Made by a program: the position numbers and the translations under genes. Of a stretch of DNA of 64,000 nt, positions 46,082 to 56,280 are shown piece by piece (positions within the stretch are counted from its first letter, which is position 1; each line of letters begins with the position of its first letter). The stretch lies in NCBI GenBank assembly GCA_050952625.1, contig JBMNLH010000001.1, positions 224,001 through 288,000 on the forward strand. Reading direction: 5' to 3'. Origin of the DNA: Bacillota bacterium (GTDB taxonomy: Bacteria > Bacillota > Ch66 > Ch109). The notes under the pieces are model-generated. The model was not told where the DNA came from, made no database searches, and saw only the letters and a program-made list of their open reading frames with translations.

Positions 46082-47401
46082 ATGAAATTTAGTGTGGAGA
46101 AGATACAGTCAAATCTGGCTACTCTGGAAATTGAGGTAGAAGAACAAAGAGTTGAAGAAGCTCTCGACCAGTCCTATCGGAAAATTGTCAAGCAGGTTAA
46201 TATACCCGGTTTTCGAAAAGGCAAGGTACCTCGACCAATACTGGAAGCTCAATTAGGCCGGGGAGTTCTTTATGAGGAAGCCCTTGATATCCTCCTAAAT
46301 CAAACCTACTCAGAGGCCCTTAAAGAGTCTGCCCTTGAGGCGGTCGGCGAACCCAAGGTCGAAGTTGTTCAGATGGACCGTGACTTGCCCCTGATTTATA
46401 AAGTGACGGTTTCCATTAAACCGGAGATTGTTTTGCCTGATTTTAGCGAAATAGAGGTTGAAGACGAGCTTCCCCAGGAGCCAACCGACGAAGATGTCCA
46501 AAAGGTTTTGAATAATTATCAGCAGCGAATGGCCCGATTGGAAAACGTTGAATCCGGCACAGTTGAACAAGGACATATTGTCCTGATTGACTTTGCTGGC
46601 TATTTGGATGGTGTTCAATTTGAGGGTGGAACCTCTCAAGACTATTCCCTCGAGATTGGCTCGCAGACCTTTATCCCGGGGTTTGAAGACCAGATGGTCG
46701 GGATGCAGCTTAACGAAGAGAGGGACATTGAGGTTACTTTCCCGGAAGAGTATCCCCAGCCGGATCTAGCCGGAAAACCCGCCACCTTTAAGGTAAAGGT
46801 AAAAGAAATAAAGCAACGTGTCTACCCGGCAATAGACGATGAGTTAGCCAAAGATGTCAGTGAATTTGAAACCCTGGCTGAACTGAAAGAAGAAATTCGG
46901 CATAACCTCAGGGAAAAAGCGGAAAAAGACGCCAAACGGGAGATGCGGGAAAAAGTTGTGGAGAAAGTAGTTGCGCCGATTGAAGTAGAGGTGCCGGAGC
47001 CCCTGGTTGAGGAACGGTTGAAGGATATGGTTACCAAATTCGCGCAGCAAATCAGCATTCAGGGGACTACGCTAGAACAATATCTGAAGATGACCAATAA
47101 GAGTATGAAGGATTTGTTGGAATTTTTACGCCCGCAAGCAGAAACATGGGCGAAGTCTACCCTGGTTTTAGAAGCGATTGCCAAAAAGGAAAACATAACC
47201 GTTACTGATCAGGATGTTGAGGACCGCATTACCCGGGCTAGTGAAGAGTTCGGGATGAAACGAGAAGACGTCAGTGAATCAGTGAATGGCGTTTTGGAAT
47301 CTTTCAAAAAGGAAATACTGCTGGATAAAGTAGTTAATTATCTATTGACTACTGTAAAGATTGTACCGCCAACGGCCGATTTGGTAGCGGAGAATGCTTA
47401 A
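46082..47401 (+). CDS. tig: Trigger factor
   Basis: PGFRKGKVP, FKBP domain (FEGG, FIPGFE, FPEEY). Confidence 0.97.
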   Translation: MKFSVEKIQSNLATLEIEVEEQRVEEALDQSYRKIVKQVNIPGFRKGKVPRPILEAQLGRGVLYEEALDILLNQTYSEALKESALEAVGEPKVEVVQMDRDLPLIYKVTVSIKPEIVLPDFSEIEVEDELPQEPTDEDVQKVLNNYQQRMARLENVESGTVEQGHIVLIDFAGYLDGVQFEGGTSQDYSLEIGSQTFIPGFEDQMVGMQLNEERDIEVTFPEEYPQPDLAGKPATFKVKVKEIKQRVYPAIDDELAKDVSEFETLAELKEEIRHNLREKAEKDAKREMREKVVEKVVAPIEVEVPEPLVEERLKDMVTKFAQQISIQGTTLEQYLKMTNKSMKDLLEFLRPQAETWAKSTLVLEAIAKKENITVTDQDVEDRITRASEEFGMKREDVSESVNGVLESFKKEILLDKVVNYLLTTVKIVPPTADLVAENA

Positions 47402-47557
47402 AGTGAGTTATTGGGGTAATTTTTTGTTATTCTTTTCCGTATTATTTTAAGAAGACTTTGGTATTTAAGAACACGGGGGTATTCTTTAAGAAAGCATAAA
47501 GTAACGAGGCAACCCCTTTAGGAATATTTTATTTTAAGGAAGGTGGTGTCCTAAACC

Positions 47558-48160
47558 GTGTCATTTCTTGTTCCAATGGTAGTGGAGCAGACTAACCGGG
47601 GAGAAAGGGCTTATGACATTTATTCACGTCTGCTCAAGGACCGGATCATCTTTTTAGGTAGCGCGATTGATGATCATGTGGCAAATTTAGTAATTGCTCA
47701 ATTACTTTTCCTGGAGGCTGAGGACCCGGACAAGGATATTCATCTTTATATTAATTCTCCTGGTGGGTCGATAACGGCTGGGATGGCGATTTACGACACG
47801 ATGCAGTACATTCGTCCGGATGTCTCAACTATTTGCGTTGGTTTGGCAGCGAGCATGGGGGCATTTCTCCTGGCGGCCGGGACCAAAAATAAGCGTTTTG
47901 CTTTACCCAACAGTGAGGTTATGATTCATCAGCCACTGGGGGGTACCCAGGGTCAGGCGACCGATATTGAGATCCATGCCCGTCGAATTCTGCAGATACG
48001 GGAAAGATTAAATGTGATTTTATCTGAAAGGACCGGGCAGCCGCTGGAGCGAATCCGAAAAGATACTGAAAGAGATTTTTTCATGTCCGCGGAAGAGGCT
48101 CGAAAATATGGTATAATAGACGGGGTGATGATCAAAGCCGGGACTCTAAAGGGAGTTTAG
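47558..48160 (+). CDS. clpP: Clp protease proteolytic subunit
   Basis: [33 protein letters not shown]. Confidence 0.98.
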   Translation: MSFLVPMVVEQTNRGERAYDIYSRLLKDRIIFLGSAIDDHVANLVIAQLLFLEAEDPDKDIHLYINSPGGSITAGMAIYDTMQYIRPDVSTICVGLAASMGAFLLAAGTKNKRFALPNSEVMIHQPLGGTQGQATDIEIHARRILQIRERLNVILSERTGQPLERIRKDTERDFFMSAEEARKYGIIDGVMIKAGTLKGV

Positions 48161-48176
48161 GGCGAGAGGTGATAAC

Positions 48177-49436
48177 ATGTACAAATTCGGAGACGACAAG
48201 GGTCAACTCAAGTGTTCCTTCTGTGGGAAACTCCAGGATCAGGTTAAGAAGCTGGTAGCAGGACCCGGGGTATACATTTGTGACGAGTGTATTGAACTCT
48301 GTAATGAAATTATCGAGGAAGAACTAAATGAAGAGGTCGGGTTCGAACTGGGCGACATTCCCAAACCTAAGGAGATCAAGGAAATACTTGACCAGTATGT
48401 AATCGGTCAGGAAAAGGCCAAGAAATCTCTGGCAGTTGCTGTTTACAACCACTATAAGCGGATCAATATCGGGATGAAGATTGATGATGTGGAACTCCAA
48501 AAGAGTAATATCGTCATGTTAGGCCCTACCGGTAGTGGTAAAACCCTTTTGGCACAGACCTTGGCTAAAATCTTGAATGTACCCTTTGCCATCGCCGATG
48601 CCACCTCTCTAACCGAAGCCGGTTATGTAGGGGAAGACGTAGAAAACATCCTGTTAAAGCTAATCCAAGCAGCAGATTATGATGTGGAAAAAGCCGAAAA
48701 AGGAATCGTCTATATTGACGAAATTGATAAGATAGCCCGCAAAACGGAGAATCCATCAATTACTCGGGACGTTTCCGGTGAAGGGGTCCAACAGGCTCTC
48801 CTGAAGATCCTGGAAGGAACGGTGGCCAGCGTGCCGCCGCAGGGAGGCCGTAAGCACCCTCATCAGGAGTTTATTCAACTAGATACGACCAACATCCTGT
48901 TTATTTGCGGGGGAGCGTTTGATGGCATAGAAAAGATCATTCAGAATCGGACTGGCCGCAAGTCATTGGGCTTTGGTGCTGAGATTCAGACTAAGAGTGA
49001 AAAAAAGATTGGCGAGATTCTGGAGAATATTATGCCGGTTGACCTGTTAAAGTATGGCTTAATCCCAGAATTTGTAGGTCGTTTACCCATTATTGTGACA
49101 TTAGATGCTTTGGACGAAGAGGCTCTGATTCGAATTTTAACTGAACCCAGAAACGCATTAGTTAAACAGTATCAGAAATTCTTTGAACTGGACGGAGTAA
49201 CCTTGGAGTTTAAAGAGGAAGCTCTAGCCGGGATTGCCAAAGAGGCGATTAAACGAAATACGGGGGCCCGGGGATTAAGGGCTATTTTTGAAGACATCAT
49301 GTTGGATGTAATGTACGATATTCCTTCGCGGGGTGATATTACTAAGTGTGTCGTCACTAAAGAGGTAGTGGCGCGTAAAGAGGAACCCCTCCTGGTAACG
49401 GTGGAGAGGAAAAAGAAAAAAGAAGAGACGGCGTAA
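48177..49436 (+). CDS. clpX: Clp protease ATPase ClpX
   Basis: CSFCGK Zn finger, [25 protein letters not shown] loop. Confidence 0.98.
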   Translation: MYKFGDDKGQLKCSFCGKLQDQVKKLVAGPGVYICDECIELCNEIIEEELNEEVGFELGDIPKPKEIKEILDQYVIGQEKAKKSLAVAVYNHYKRINIGMKIDDVELQKSNIVMLGPTGSGKTLLAQTLAKILNVPFAIADATSLTEAGYVGEDVENILLKLIQAADYDVEKAEKGIVYIDEIDKIARKTENPSITRDVSGEGVQQALLKILEGTVASVPPQGGRKHPHQEFIQLDTTNILFICGGAFDGIEKIIQNRTGRKSLGFGAEIQTKSEKKIGEILENIMPVDLLKYGLIPEFVGRLPIIVTLDALDEEALIRILTEPRNALVKQYQKFFELDGVTLEFKEEALAGIAKEAIKRNTGARGLRAIFEDIMLDVMYDIPSRGDITKCVVTKEVVARKEEPLLVTVERKKKKEETA

Positions 49437-49513
49437 TGGCAGTAATCTGATAGTGATTGCTAAGAAAGACTGTTTACTGAATTAATAATTAGGTTGATAC
49501 TAACAAGTTGCTC

Positions 49514-49552
49514 AGGCGATGCTAGACCGAAATAAGGTCCATCGCCTTTTTA
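49514..49552 (+). terminator. Intrinsic terminator after clpX
   Basis: aggcgatg...catcgcct followed by T-tract. Confidence 0.65.
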
Positions 49553-49674
49553 TTTGAGTTTAAAATTTGAGTTCAAAAGGCCTCCGGCTGCTCCTGTTTT
49601 TGCCCTAACAATATGCTGCCGGTTATTCATCCCTCTTACAGGTAATAATAGGCTGTGAGAGGGGTGAGACTTTA

Positions 49675-51387
49675 ATGGGAGATCTTATAGGTGGCTTTGG
49701 GGCAATTTTAATTGTTATTCAAGTATTTTTCGGTGTAGTCATTGGTGTTTATTTTTGGAACCTGTTACGGGTGCAGCAGGGGAACCGTCAAACAGTTTGT
49801 CGGGAGTCGCAGAAGGAGATGGATAAGTTAAAGCGCTTGCGGCAGATTTCCTTGACTGAACCGCTGTCCGAGCGGACTCGGCCTACCCGTTTCGAAGAAA
49901 TTATCGGTCAGGCAGAGGGTTTAAAGGCCTTGAGGGCAGCCATCTGTGGGCCAAACCCGCAGCATGTGATTATTTATGGTCCTCCCGGTGTGGGGAAAAC
50001 AGCCGCTGCCCGTCTCGTTTTGGAGGAGGCTAAGAATAACCCATTTTCGCCTTTTCTGGAAGATGCTTGTTTTGTTGAACTTGATGCCACTACCGCCCGT
50101 TTTGATGAGCGAGGAATTGCCGACCCCCTGATTGGCTCAGTTCACGATCCGATCTATCAGGGAGCCGGCCCAATGGGTATGGCCGGGATTCCCCAGCCAA
50201 AACCAGGAGCCGTGACCAAGGCGCATGGGGGTATGTTGTTTATCGACGAAATTGGTGAGCTGCATCCAATTCAGTTAAATAAATTATTAAAGGTTTTAGA
50301 AGACCGTAAGGTATACTTGGAAAGTGCTTATTACAGTGCGGAGGATACCAACATCCCGGCCCATATTCATGATATTTTTCAAAACGGACTGCCGGCTGAC
50401 TTCCGAATGGTCGGGGCAACAACCCGGATGCCCCACGATTTACCGCCGGCTATTCGTTCTCGGTGTCTGGAAGTATATTTTCGAGCCTTGCTTCCTTCAG
50501 AAATTGGCATAATCGCCGCTAATGCGGCCCGCAAGATTGACTTTAATCTGGGCGATGACGCGATTGAGGTAGTCAAAAAATATGCGACCAATGGTCGGGA
50601 AGCGGTTAACATTATTCAAATAGCCGCGGGTCTAGCCTTGACCCGAGGCAGCCAAAACATACGAGTTGAAGAAGTGGAGTGGGTCGTAAACAGCGGCCAA
50701 TACACTCCTCGGTCGGATAAGAAGATCCCACCTCAACCACAGGTGGGCCTAGTGAATGGATTAGCGGTTTTTGGGCCAAATTTGGGCACCTTGATTGAGG
50801 TAGAGGCCTCAGCCATGCCAGCCACCCGCTCGCGCGGCAAGATCACGGTTACCGGGGTGGTTGAGGAAGAGGAAATACCTGGGTTTGGTCATACCATGCG
50901 GCGAAAAAGTCTGGCTCGCGGTTCGGTGGAAAACGTGCTAACTGCCTTGCGTCGCTATACTCGAGTCGATCCTCGAGATTATGATATTCACATTAATTTT
51001 CCCGGGGGAACGCCAGTAGACGGACCGTCAGCCGGCGTAACGATTGCGACCGCTGCCTACTCAGCCATGTTAAATGTCCCGGTGGACAACCGCGTAGCAA
51101 TGACTGGTGAAGTATCGGTTCGCGGCGAAATCAAACCGATTGGCGGAGTAGTCGCTAAAGTGGAAGCAGCCCGTCAGGCGGGAGTTAAACGCGTTTTAAT
51201 CCCTAAAGAAAACTGGCAGGAACTGTTTCGTGACCTGGAGGGAATGGAGGTTATCCCAGTCACCAGCCTGGAAGAAGTATTACAGTTGGCGATTAACTCA
51301 GCTTCGGTTCCTTCCCTGGAGGTACGTAAGCCCGGTCTGGAAATTGTCCCACCCCCCACCTCGAACTTTGGCGGAGTCGTCGGTTAA
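49675..51387 (+). CDS. lonB: Sporulation-type Lon protease LonB
   Basis: N-terminal [26 protein letters not shown]; clpX-lonB-lon synteny. Confidence 0.95.
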   Translation: MGDLIGGFGAILIVIQVFFGVVIGVYFWNLLRVQQGNRQTVCRESQKEMDKLKRLRQISLTEPLSERTRPTRFEEIIGQAEGLKALRAAICGPNPQHVIIYGPPGVGKTAAARLVLEEAKNNPFSPFLEDACFVELDATTARFDERGIADPLIGSVHDPIYQGAGPMGMAGIPQPKPGAVTKAHGGMLFIDEIGELHPIQLNKLLKVLEDRKVYLESAYYSAEDTNIPAHIHDIFQNGLPADFRMVGATTRMPHDLPPAIRSRCLEVYFRALLPSEIGIIAANAARKIDFNLGDDAIEVVKKYATNGREAVNIIQIAAGLALTRGSQNIRVEEVEWVVNSGQYTPRSDKKIPPQPQVGLVNGLAVFGPNLGTLIEVEASAMPATRSRGKITVTGVVEEEEIPGFGHTMRRKSLARGSVENVLTALRRYTRVDPRDYDIHINFPGGTPVDGPSAGVTIATAAYSAMLNVPVDNRVAMTGEVSVRGEIKPIGGVVAKVEAARQAGVKRVLIPKENWQELFRDLEGMEVIPVTSLEEVLQLAINSASVPSLEVRKPGLEIVPPPTSNFGGVVG

Positions 51388-51420
51388 ATGATTAAGTTAA
51401 ATCTGCCCCATAATACCAGG

Positions 51421-51452
51421 AACGCCAGGAATTAACCCTGGCGTTCTTTATT
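51421..51452 (+). terminator. Intrinsic terminator after lonB
   Basis: aacgccaggg aatta a ccctggcgtt + T-rich tail. Confidence 0.65.
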
Positions 51453-51606
51453 GCTTTTACGGTATATTATAATAGTTCGCCGGGCTGGAGGGCTATATCT
51501 TGCGGCTGTTGCCGGAAATGAGGTTTCGGGGTAAAATATTGTTAATAAAAATAGAGAAACAGAATCACATTTTTATGGTTGACTATTATCAGGGGAGGTG
51601 TCCGGA

Positions 51607-54129
51607 ATGATTGACCAGACAGATCAAATCAGGATTCGTGAACTGCCTCTTCTGCCTCTGCGAGGTATACTTGTATTTCCATATATGGTGATACATCTGG
51701 ATGTGGGTAGGGAGAAGTCGGTCAAGGCGATTGAGGAAGCCATGATTCAGAACCGTGAGATATTCTTAGTAACGCAGAAGGAGGCTCAGACTGACGAACC
51801 CGAGGAGGACGATATTTATCAGGTAGGAACCGTCGCTGAAGTGAAGCAATTGCTCAAGCTGCCAGGCGGAACAATTCGCGTTTTGGTTGAAGGGTTGGCG
51901 CGGGGACGAGTGACTCAGTATCTGCAGCGCGAGCCATATTTGAAAGTAGAACTGGAACAATTCAGTGAACAACGGGTCAAAAATCCCGAAGTAGAAGCCC
52001 TGATGCGCAGCCTGGTTTACCAGTTTGAACAGTACGTTAAAATCAGCAAAAAAATTCCGCCGGAAACGGTGGTCTCAGTGGTTTCGGTGGAGGATCCCGG
52101 TCGCCTGGCCGATATCATCGCCTCTCATTTATCCTTGCGGGTGGGGGATAAACAAACAATTTTAGAAGCGATTGTGGTTAAAGATCGCCTGGAAGCCCTT
52201 TGCGATATTTTGGCCAAGGAAATGGAAATCCTGGAACTGGAACGGAAAATAAATATCCGAGTTCGGAAACAGATGGAAAAAACGCAAAAAGAGTACTATC
52301 TGCGGGAGCAGATGAAGGCGATTCAGAAAGAACTAGGTGATAAAGACGAACGCTTGGCTGAAGTGGAGGATCTTCGAGATCGGATCAGTAAGGCTAATTT
52401 GCCTAAAGAAGTAGAAGAAAAGGCTCTTAAAGAGGTAGAACGATTAGAGAAGATGCCGCCAATGGTGGCTGAGGCCGTGGTTGTCCGTAATTATCTGGAT
52501 TGGCTGTTATCCTTGCCGTGGAGTACGGAAACAAAGGATCGGCTTGATTTGGACCTAGCAGAAAAAATCTTGGATGAAGACCATTATGGACTGCAAAAGC
52601 CCAAAGAACGGATTCTAGAGTATCTGGCGATTAGAAAGCTGGCTAACAAAATGAAAGGGCCAATTCTGTGTTTGGTTGGGCCGCCCGGGGTGGGGAAAAC
52701 CTCCTTGGGTAAATCGGTCGCCAGGGCCTTGGAACGCAAATTTGTCCGGATGTCCCTTGGCGGGGTCCGTGACGAAGCAGAAATCCGGGGTCATCGCCGG
52801 ACTTATGTTGGGGCCATGCCCGGTCGAGTTATTCAGGGAATGAAGCAGGCTGGCTCGAAAAATCCTGTCTTTCTCTTAGATGAGATTGATAAGATGAGTA
52901 TGGACTTTAGGGGTGATCCCTCTTCGGCCCTGCTCGAAGTGCTTGACCCGGAACAGAATCACGCCTTCAGCGATCATTACCTGGAAGTACCTTTCGACTT
53001 ATCTAGTGTCATGTTTATTACGACCGCTAATGGACAGCACAACATCCCCCGGGCTTTGTTGGATCGGATGGAGGTTATTCAGATTTCTGGCTACACCGAG
53101 GAGGAGAAGCTACAGATCGCGATTAATTATCTCCTCCCCAAACAGATCAAAGAACATGGCCTGGAGCCGTCACAACTGCAGATTTCAGAAAATGCAATTC
53201 GGAAACTAATTAGAGAATATACCCGGGAAGCAGGCGTCCGTAATCTGGAGCGGGAGATTGCTTCTATCTGCCGCAAGTCAGCCCGGGAAATAGTTAGGGA
53301 TCCAGATAAAAAAATCAAGGTCAATACCCAATCCTTAGAGGCATATCTGGGGATTCCCCGCTACCGCTACGGGGTGACGGAGGCAGCTGATCAAGTCGGT
53401 GTAGTTACTGGTTTAGCCTGGACTGAAGTAGGCGGCGATGTCCTTTCGATTGAAGTAGCCTTGCTTAAAGGAAAGGGTAATCTCACTTTAACCGGCAAGC
53501 TAGGAGAAGTAATGCGCGAATCGGCTCAGGCCGGTTTCAGCTACGTTCGTTCACGGGCGAAAGAATTGGGAATTGAAGAGGATTTTCATGAAAAATTCGA
53601 TATCCATATACACGTCCCGGAAGGGGCAATTCCGAAAGACGGCCCTTCAGCCGGAATTACCATGGCCACAGCCCTGGCCTCGGCCCTAAGTAACCGGCCG
53701 GTCCGGAAAGATGTGGCGATGACTGGTGAGATTACCCTGCGGGGTCGGGTATTGCCGATTGGCGGGGTAAAAGAGAAAGTGCTGGCCGCCCATCGGGCCG
53801 GTACCACAACGGTCATTCTCCCGATTGAAAACAAAAAAGATTTGGAAGATATCCCGGCCAATGTGCGGCGCAAGTTGGAGTTTGTGTTAGTCGAGCATAT
53901 GGACCAGGTGTTGCAGCATGCTCTGGTAAATGTCATCTTAGGCGAAGAAGGCACCGCTCAGATCCTGGCTCGGGAAGAAGAAGTTGTTGAGGTGGTGGAC
54001 GACCTTTACATTGAAGATCAAGAAGGGATTAACGATCCATCAGATTCGCCTTTGAATCGCCCTCATAGTCCCTTGGCGGAACCGCCGATAGGTGACGTGG
54101 TTGACGTACCGTCTAACTCAATCGTGTAG
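51607..54129 (+). CDS. lon: ATP-dependent Lon protease (endopeptidase La)
   Basis: [35 protein letters not shown]. Confidence 0.98.
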   Translation: MIDQTDQIRIRELPLLPLRGILVFPYMVIHLDVGREKSVKAIEEAMIQNREIFLVTQKEAQTDEPEEDDIYQVGTVAEVKQLLKLPGGTIRVLVEGLARGRVTQYLQREPYLKVELEQFSEQRVKNPEVEALMRSLVYQFEQYVKISKKIPPETVVSVVSVEDPGRLADIIASHLSLRVGDKQTILEAIVVKDRLEALCDILAKEMEILELERKINIRVRKQMEKTQKEYYLREQMKAIQKELGDKDERLAEVEDLRDRISKANLPKEVEEKALKEVERLEKMPPMVAEAVVVRNYLDWLLSLPWSTETKDRLDLDLAEKILDEDHYGLQKPKERILEYLAIRKLANKMKGPILCLVGPPGVGKTSLGKSVARALERKFVRMSLGGVRDEAEIRGHRRTYVGAMPGRVIQGMKQAGSKNPVFLLDEIDKMSMDFRGDPSSALLEVLDPEQNHAFSDHYLEVPFDLSSVMFITTANGQHNIPRALLDRMEVIQISGYTEEEKLQIAINYLLPKQIKEHGLEPSQLQISENAIRKLIREYTREAGVRNLEREIASICRKSAREIVRDPDKKIKVNTQSLEAYLGIPRYRYGVTEAADQVGVVTGLAWTEVGGDVLSIEVALLKGKGNLTLTGKLGEVMRESAQAGFSYVRSRAKELGIEEDFHEKFDIHIHVPEGAIPKDGPSAGITMATALASALSNRPVRKDVAMTGEITLRGRVLPIGGVKEKVLAAHRAGTTTVILPIENKKDLEDIPANVRRKLEFVLVEHMDQVLQHALVNVILGEEGTAQILAREEEVVEVVDDLYIEDQEGINDPSDSPLNRPHSPLAEPPIGDVVDVPSNSIV

Positions 54130-54155
54130 GTTTACCGGCTAATCTAGCTTAACCG

Positions 54156-54375
54156 GCTGACCGAGTTATAAACACAAGTGCCAGTAACATAAAAAAGTCC
54201 ATCGCGCAGTGTTATAACGAAGGTCAGCGATTGGCGACTTACATCAGAGAACGGAGGAGGCAGAGGATCAGCAGGCATCACCTGTCTGAGCCCGCAGGGC
54301 GAGTTTGATGCCGGCCCGAAGCCGACGAGGTTCGTTCCCAGTTAAGCCTGCTGACCGAGTTATAACACAAGTGCC
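54156..54375. repeat. MITE-like segment with three copies of GCTGACC..GTTATAACAC
   Basis: Direct copies 54156-54182 and 54350-54375, inverted copy 54209-54228. Confidence 0.7.
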
Positions 54376-54489
54376 GGAATAGGTTGCTCCCTCTGGGGGC
54401 AACCTTTGTTATCTGGGAATCCTATTGATTCAGCTCAATGTAAATGAGGGTAAGGACTCTATTAGCGAAGGTGGTGAACTGTCAAAGAA

Positions 54490-55074
54490 ATGAAGATTAC
54501 CTCAGCAGAATTCGTCTTAAGCGTGGCCTCCCCTGCCCAGTACCCGCAGGATAATCTGCCGGAACTAGCCCTGGTGGGCCGCTCGAATGTGGGTAAATCT
54601 TCCTTGATTAATAAACTAGTCGGTCGGCGGGCCCTAGCCCGAACCAGCAGTACCCCGGGTAAGACCCGGCTCCTTAATTTCTACCGGATCAATAACTGCT
54701 GGTATTGGGTTGATTTGCCGGGATATGGCTTTGCCCGTGTCTCAAAGAGCATGCGCGGCGAATGGCAGAAGTTGATTGAGCGTTACCTGAAGAACCGCCA
54801 AACCCTGCGGGGGGTTATTCAATTGTTGGATATCCGACATCCGCCCACCGCGGATGACATTCAGATGTATCAGTGGCTCCGTTATTATGAATTGCCGACT
54901 ATTTTGGTTGTTACCAAAGCGGATAAGATTTCGCGGGGCCGTTGGCCGCAGCATTTGAAAGTGATTCGCCAAGCTTTGGGGTTACCCTCAGAGCAGCCGC
55001 TGATAATTTTTTCAGCCGAAACCGGCGTCGGGGTTGAGGAATTGGGAGCCCAGATTGAACAGCTATTAGGCTAA
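54490..55074 (+). CDS. yihA: Ribosome biogenesis GTPase YihA/YsxC (EngB)
   Basis: GRSNVGKSS, TPGKT, DLPGYG, TKADK; follows lon. Confidence 0.97.
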   Translation: MKITSAEFVLSVASPAQYPQDNLPELALVGRSNVGKSSLINKLVGRRALARTSSTPGKTRLLNFYRINNCWYWVDLPGYGFARVSKSMRGEWQKLIERYLKNRQTLRGVIQLLDIRHPPTADDIQMYQWLRYYELPTILVVTKADKISRGRWPQHLKVIRQALGLPSEQPLIIFSAETGVGVEELGAQIEQLLG

Positions 55075-55171
55075 AATTTTTCATTCCTCCATGGAAAAAC
55101 ATTCTATTAATCTTATTTGTGGCATAATATGGTAACAGATTAATAGATTCCATGAGGGGAGGATTTTTCTA

Positions 55172-56011
55172 ATGATCAGATCAAGAGCATTAAAGCGGAA
55201 AGAACATATGGGATTGGTATGGACACCGGCAACCAAGCAATTTGCCCAATCAGCTCCGGCACAACCAGACGAAAGATCGGCGATTTTTCATACCCAGGTT
55301 AGTGTCTTGTCGCCAGATGAGCATATCGCTCCCTTGAACAGTGTACCGATTCAAGATGAGCTGGTTGGACCGGCTAAGCAAGCTGACTTTACTGATGAAA
55401 CTGGTGCTGATGTTCTTTCGCGGACAAAAAAGTTTTGCCTGGATAAAGTAAAAGCATGGTCCGCCGGAGAGACGGTGTTTCGGCAGGGTCTGAATGTCTG
55501 GAGAAATATGGATAATGATGAAGAAGAACCCCCGACTGGCAAGCGCGCTTACCGTTTCCGCTGGCAAGGCCGGGATCTGTCCTTGCTAAAAGGGATTAAC
55601 TGGCCGGCGGTAGCCTGGGGATGGGTAACGGCCTTGGCCTTGACTGTCGCGGTCCTGGGGGCAGCAGCTATTTATGTCGCTCTGACCCCGGGTTCTGTGT
55701 TTTACCTGTCTACTTACTTGTTGTTGAATAAGGTCGTCAGTCCGCTGTTAGGAGGAGTGGTAACCGGGTGGAAAGTAGAACAGAAAGGGTGGCAGGCCGG
55801 TCTCTGGGTTGGAGTTGGTTATGGTTTGACCATTATGGTTTTCCGAATGTACGGAGGCCTATTCTCCTTCTGGTTAGAGGCCCTTACCGGTTTAGTAATA
55901 AGCATGGTTGCGGGGATGGTGGGTGGTCTCTTAGGCCGTATCCTTACGCCCAAACACCGGGCTGCGAAAACCGAGGCAAATAAATCCTGGCAGCCATCTG
56001 AAGTGCATTGA
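55172..56011 (+). CDS. Membrane protein with C-terminal TIGR04086-like 4-TM domain
   Basis: GG..G.K...KGW..GL..G and GMVGG patterns. Confidence 0.65.
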   Translation: MIRSRALKRKEHMGLVWTPATKQFAQSAPAQPDERSAIFHTQVSVLSPDEHIAPLNSVPIQDELVGPAKQADFTDETGADVLSRTKKFCLDKVKAWSAGETVFRQGLNVWRNMDNDEEEPPTGKRAYRFRWQGRDLSLLKGINWPAVAWGWVTALALTVAVLGAAAIYVALTPGSVFYLSTYLLLNKVVSPLLGGVVTGWKVEQKGWQAGLWVGVGYGLTIMVFRMYGGLFSFWLEALTGLVISMVAGMVGGLLGRILTPKHRAAKTEANKSWQPSEVH

Positions 56012-56195
56012 CAAAGGTTTGATCTATCAGTAAAATCAGCTTATAGACTTTAATTTGATTGTTACTTAGAATTATTTACAAGCCGGGCCTAAAAAGGGCG
56101 CACTTGAGAGCGTATCGTTGGATGTGAACAAGGTAGTACCACGGAAGCGAGACTCCTTTCGTCCTTTGAGGATAAAGGAGTCTACTTGTTTTGGA
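56008..56195 (+). promoter_or_regulatory. sigmaA promoter and degenerate T-box leader of valS
   Basis: TTGACA-17-TAAAAT; AAGG-TAGTACC-ACGG at 56130 able to pair with TCGTCCTT; overlapping hairpin agactcctt...aaggagtct. Confidence 0.7.
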
Positions 56196-56280
56196 AGATT
56201 AATGGTTATATTCATAGCAATGACAACCGGAGTTGACTTAGGCTTTGACTAGCTAAAGGACCTTCAGGAAGGAGAAATCT

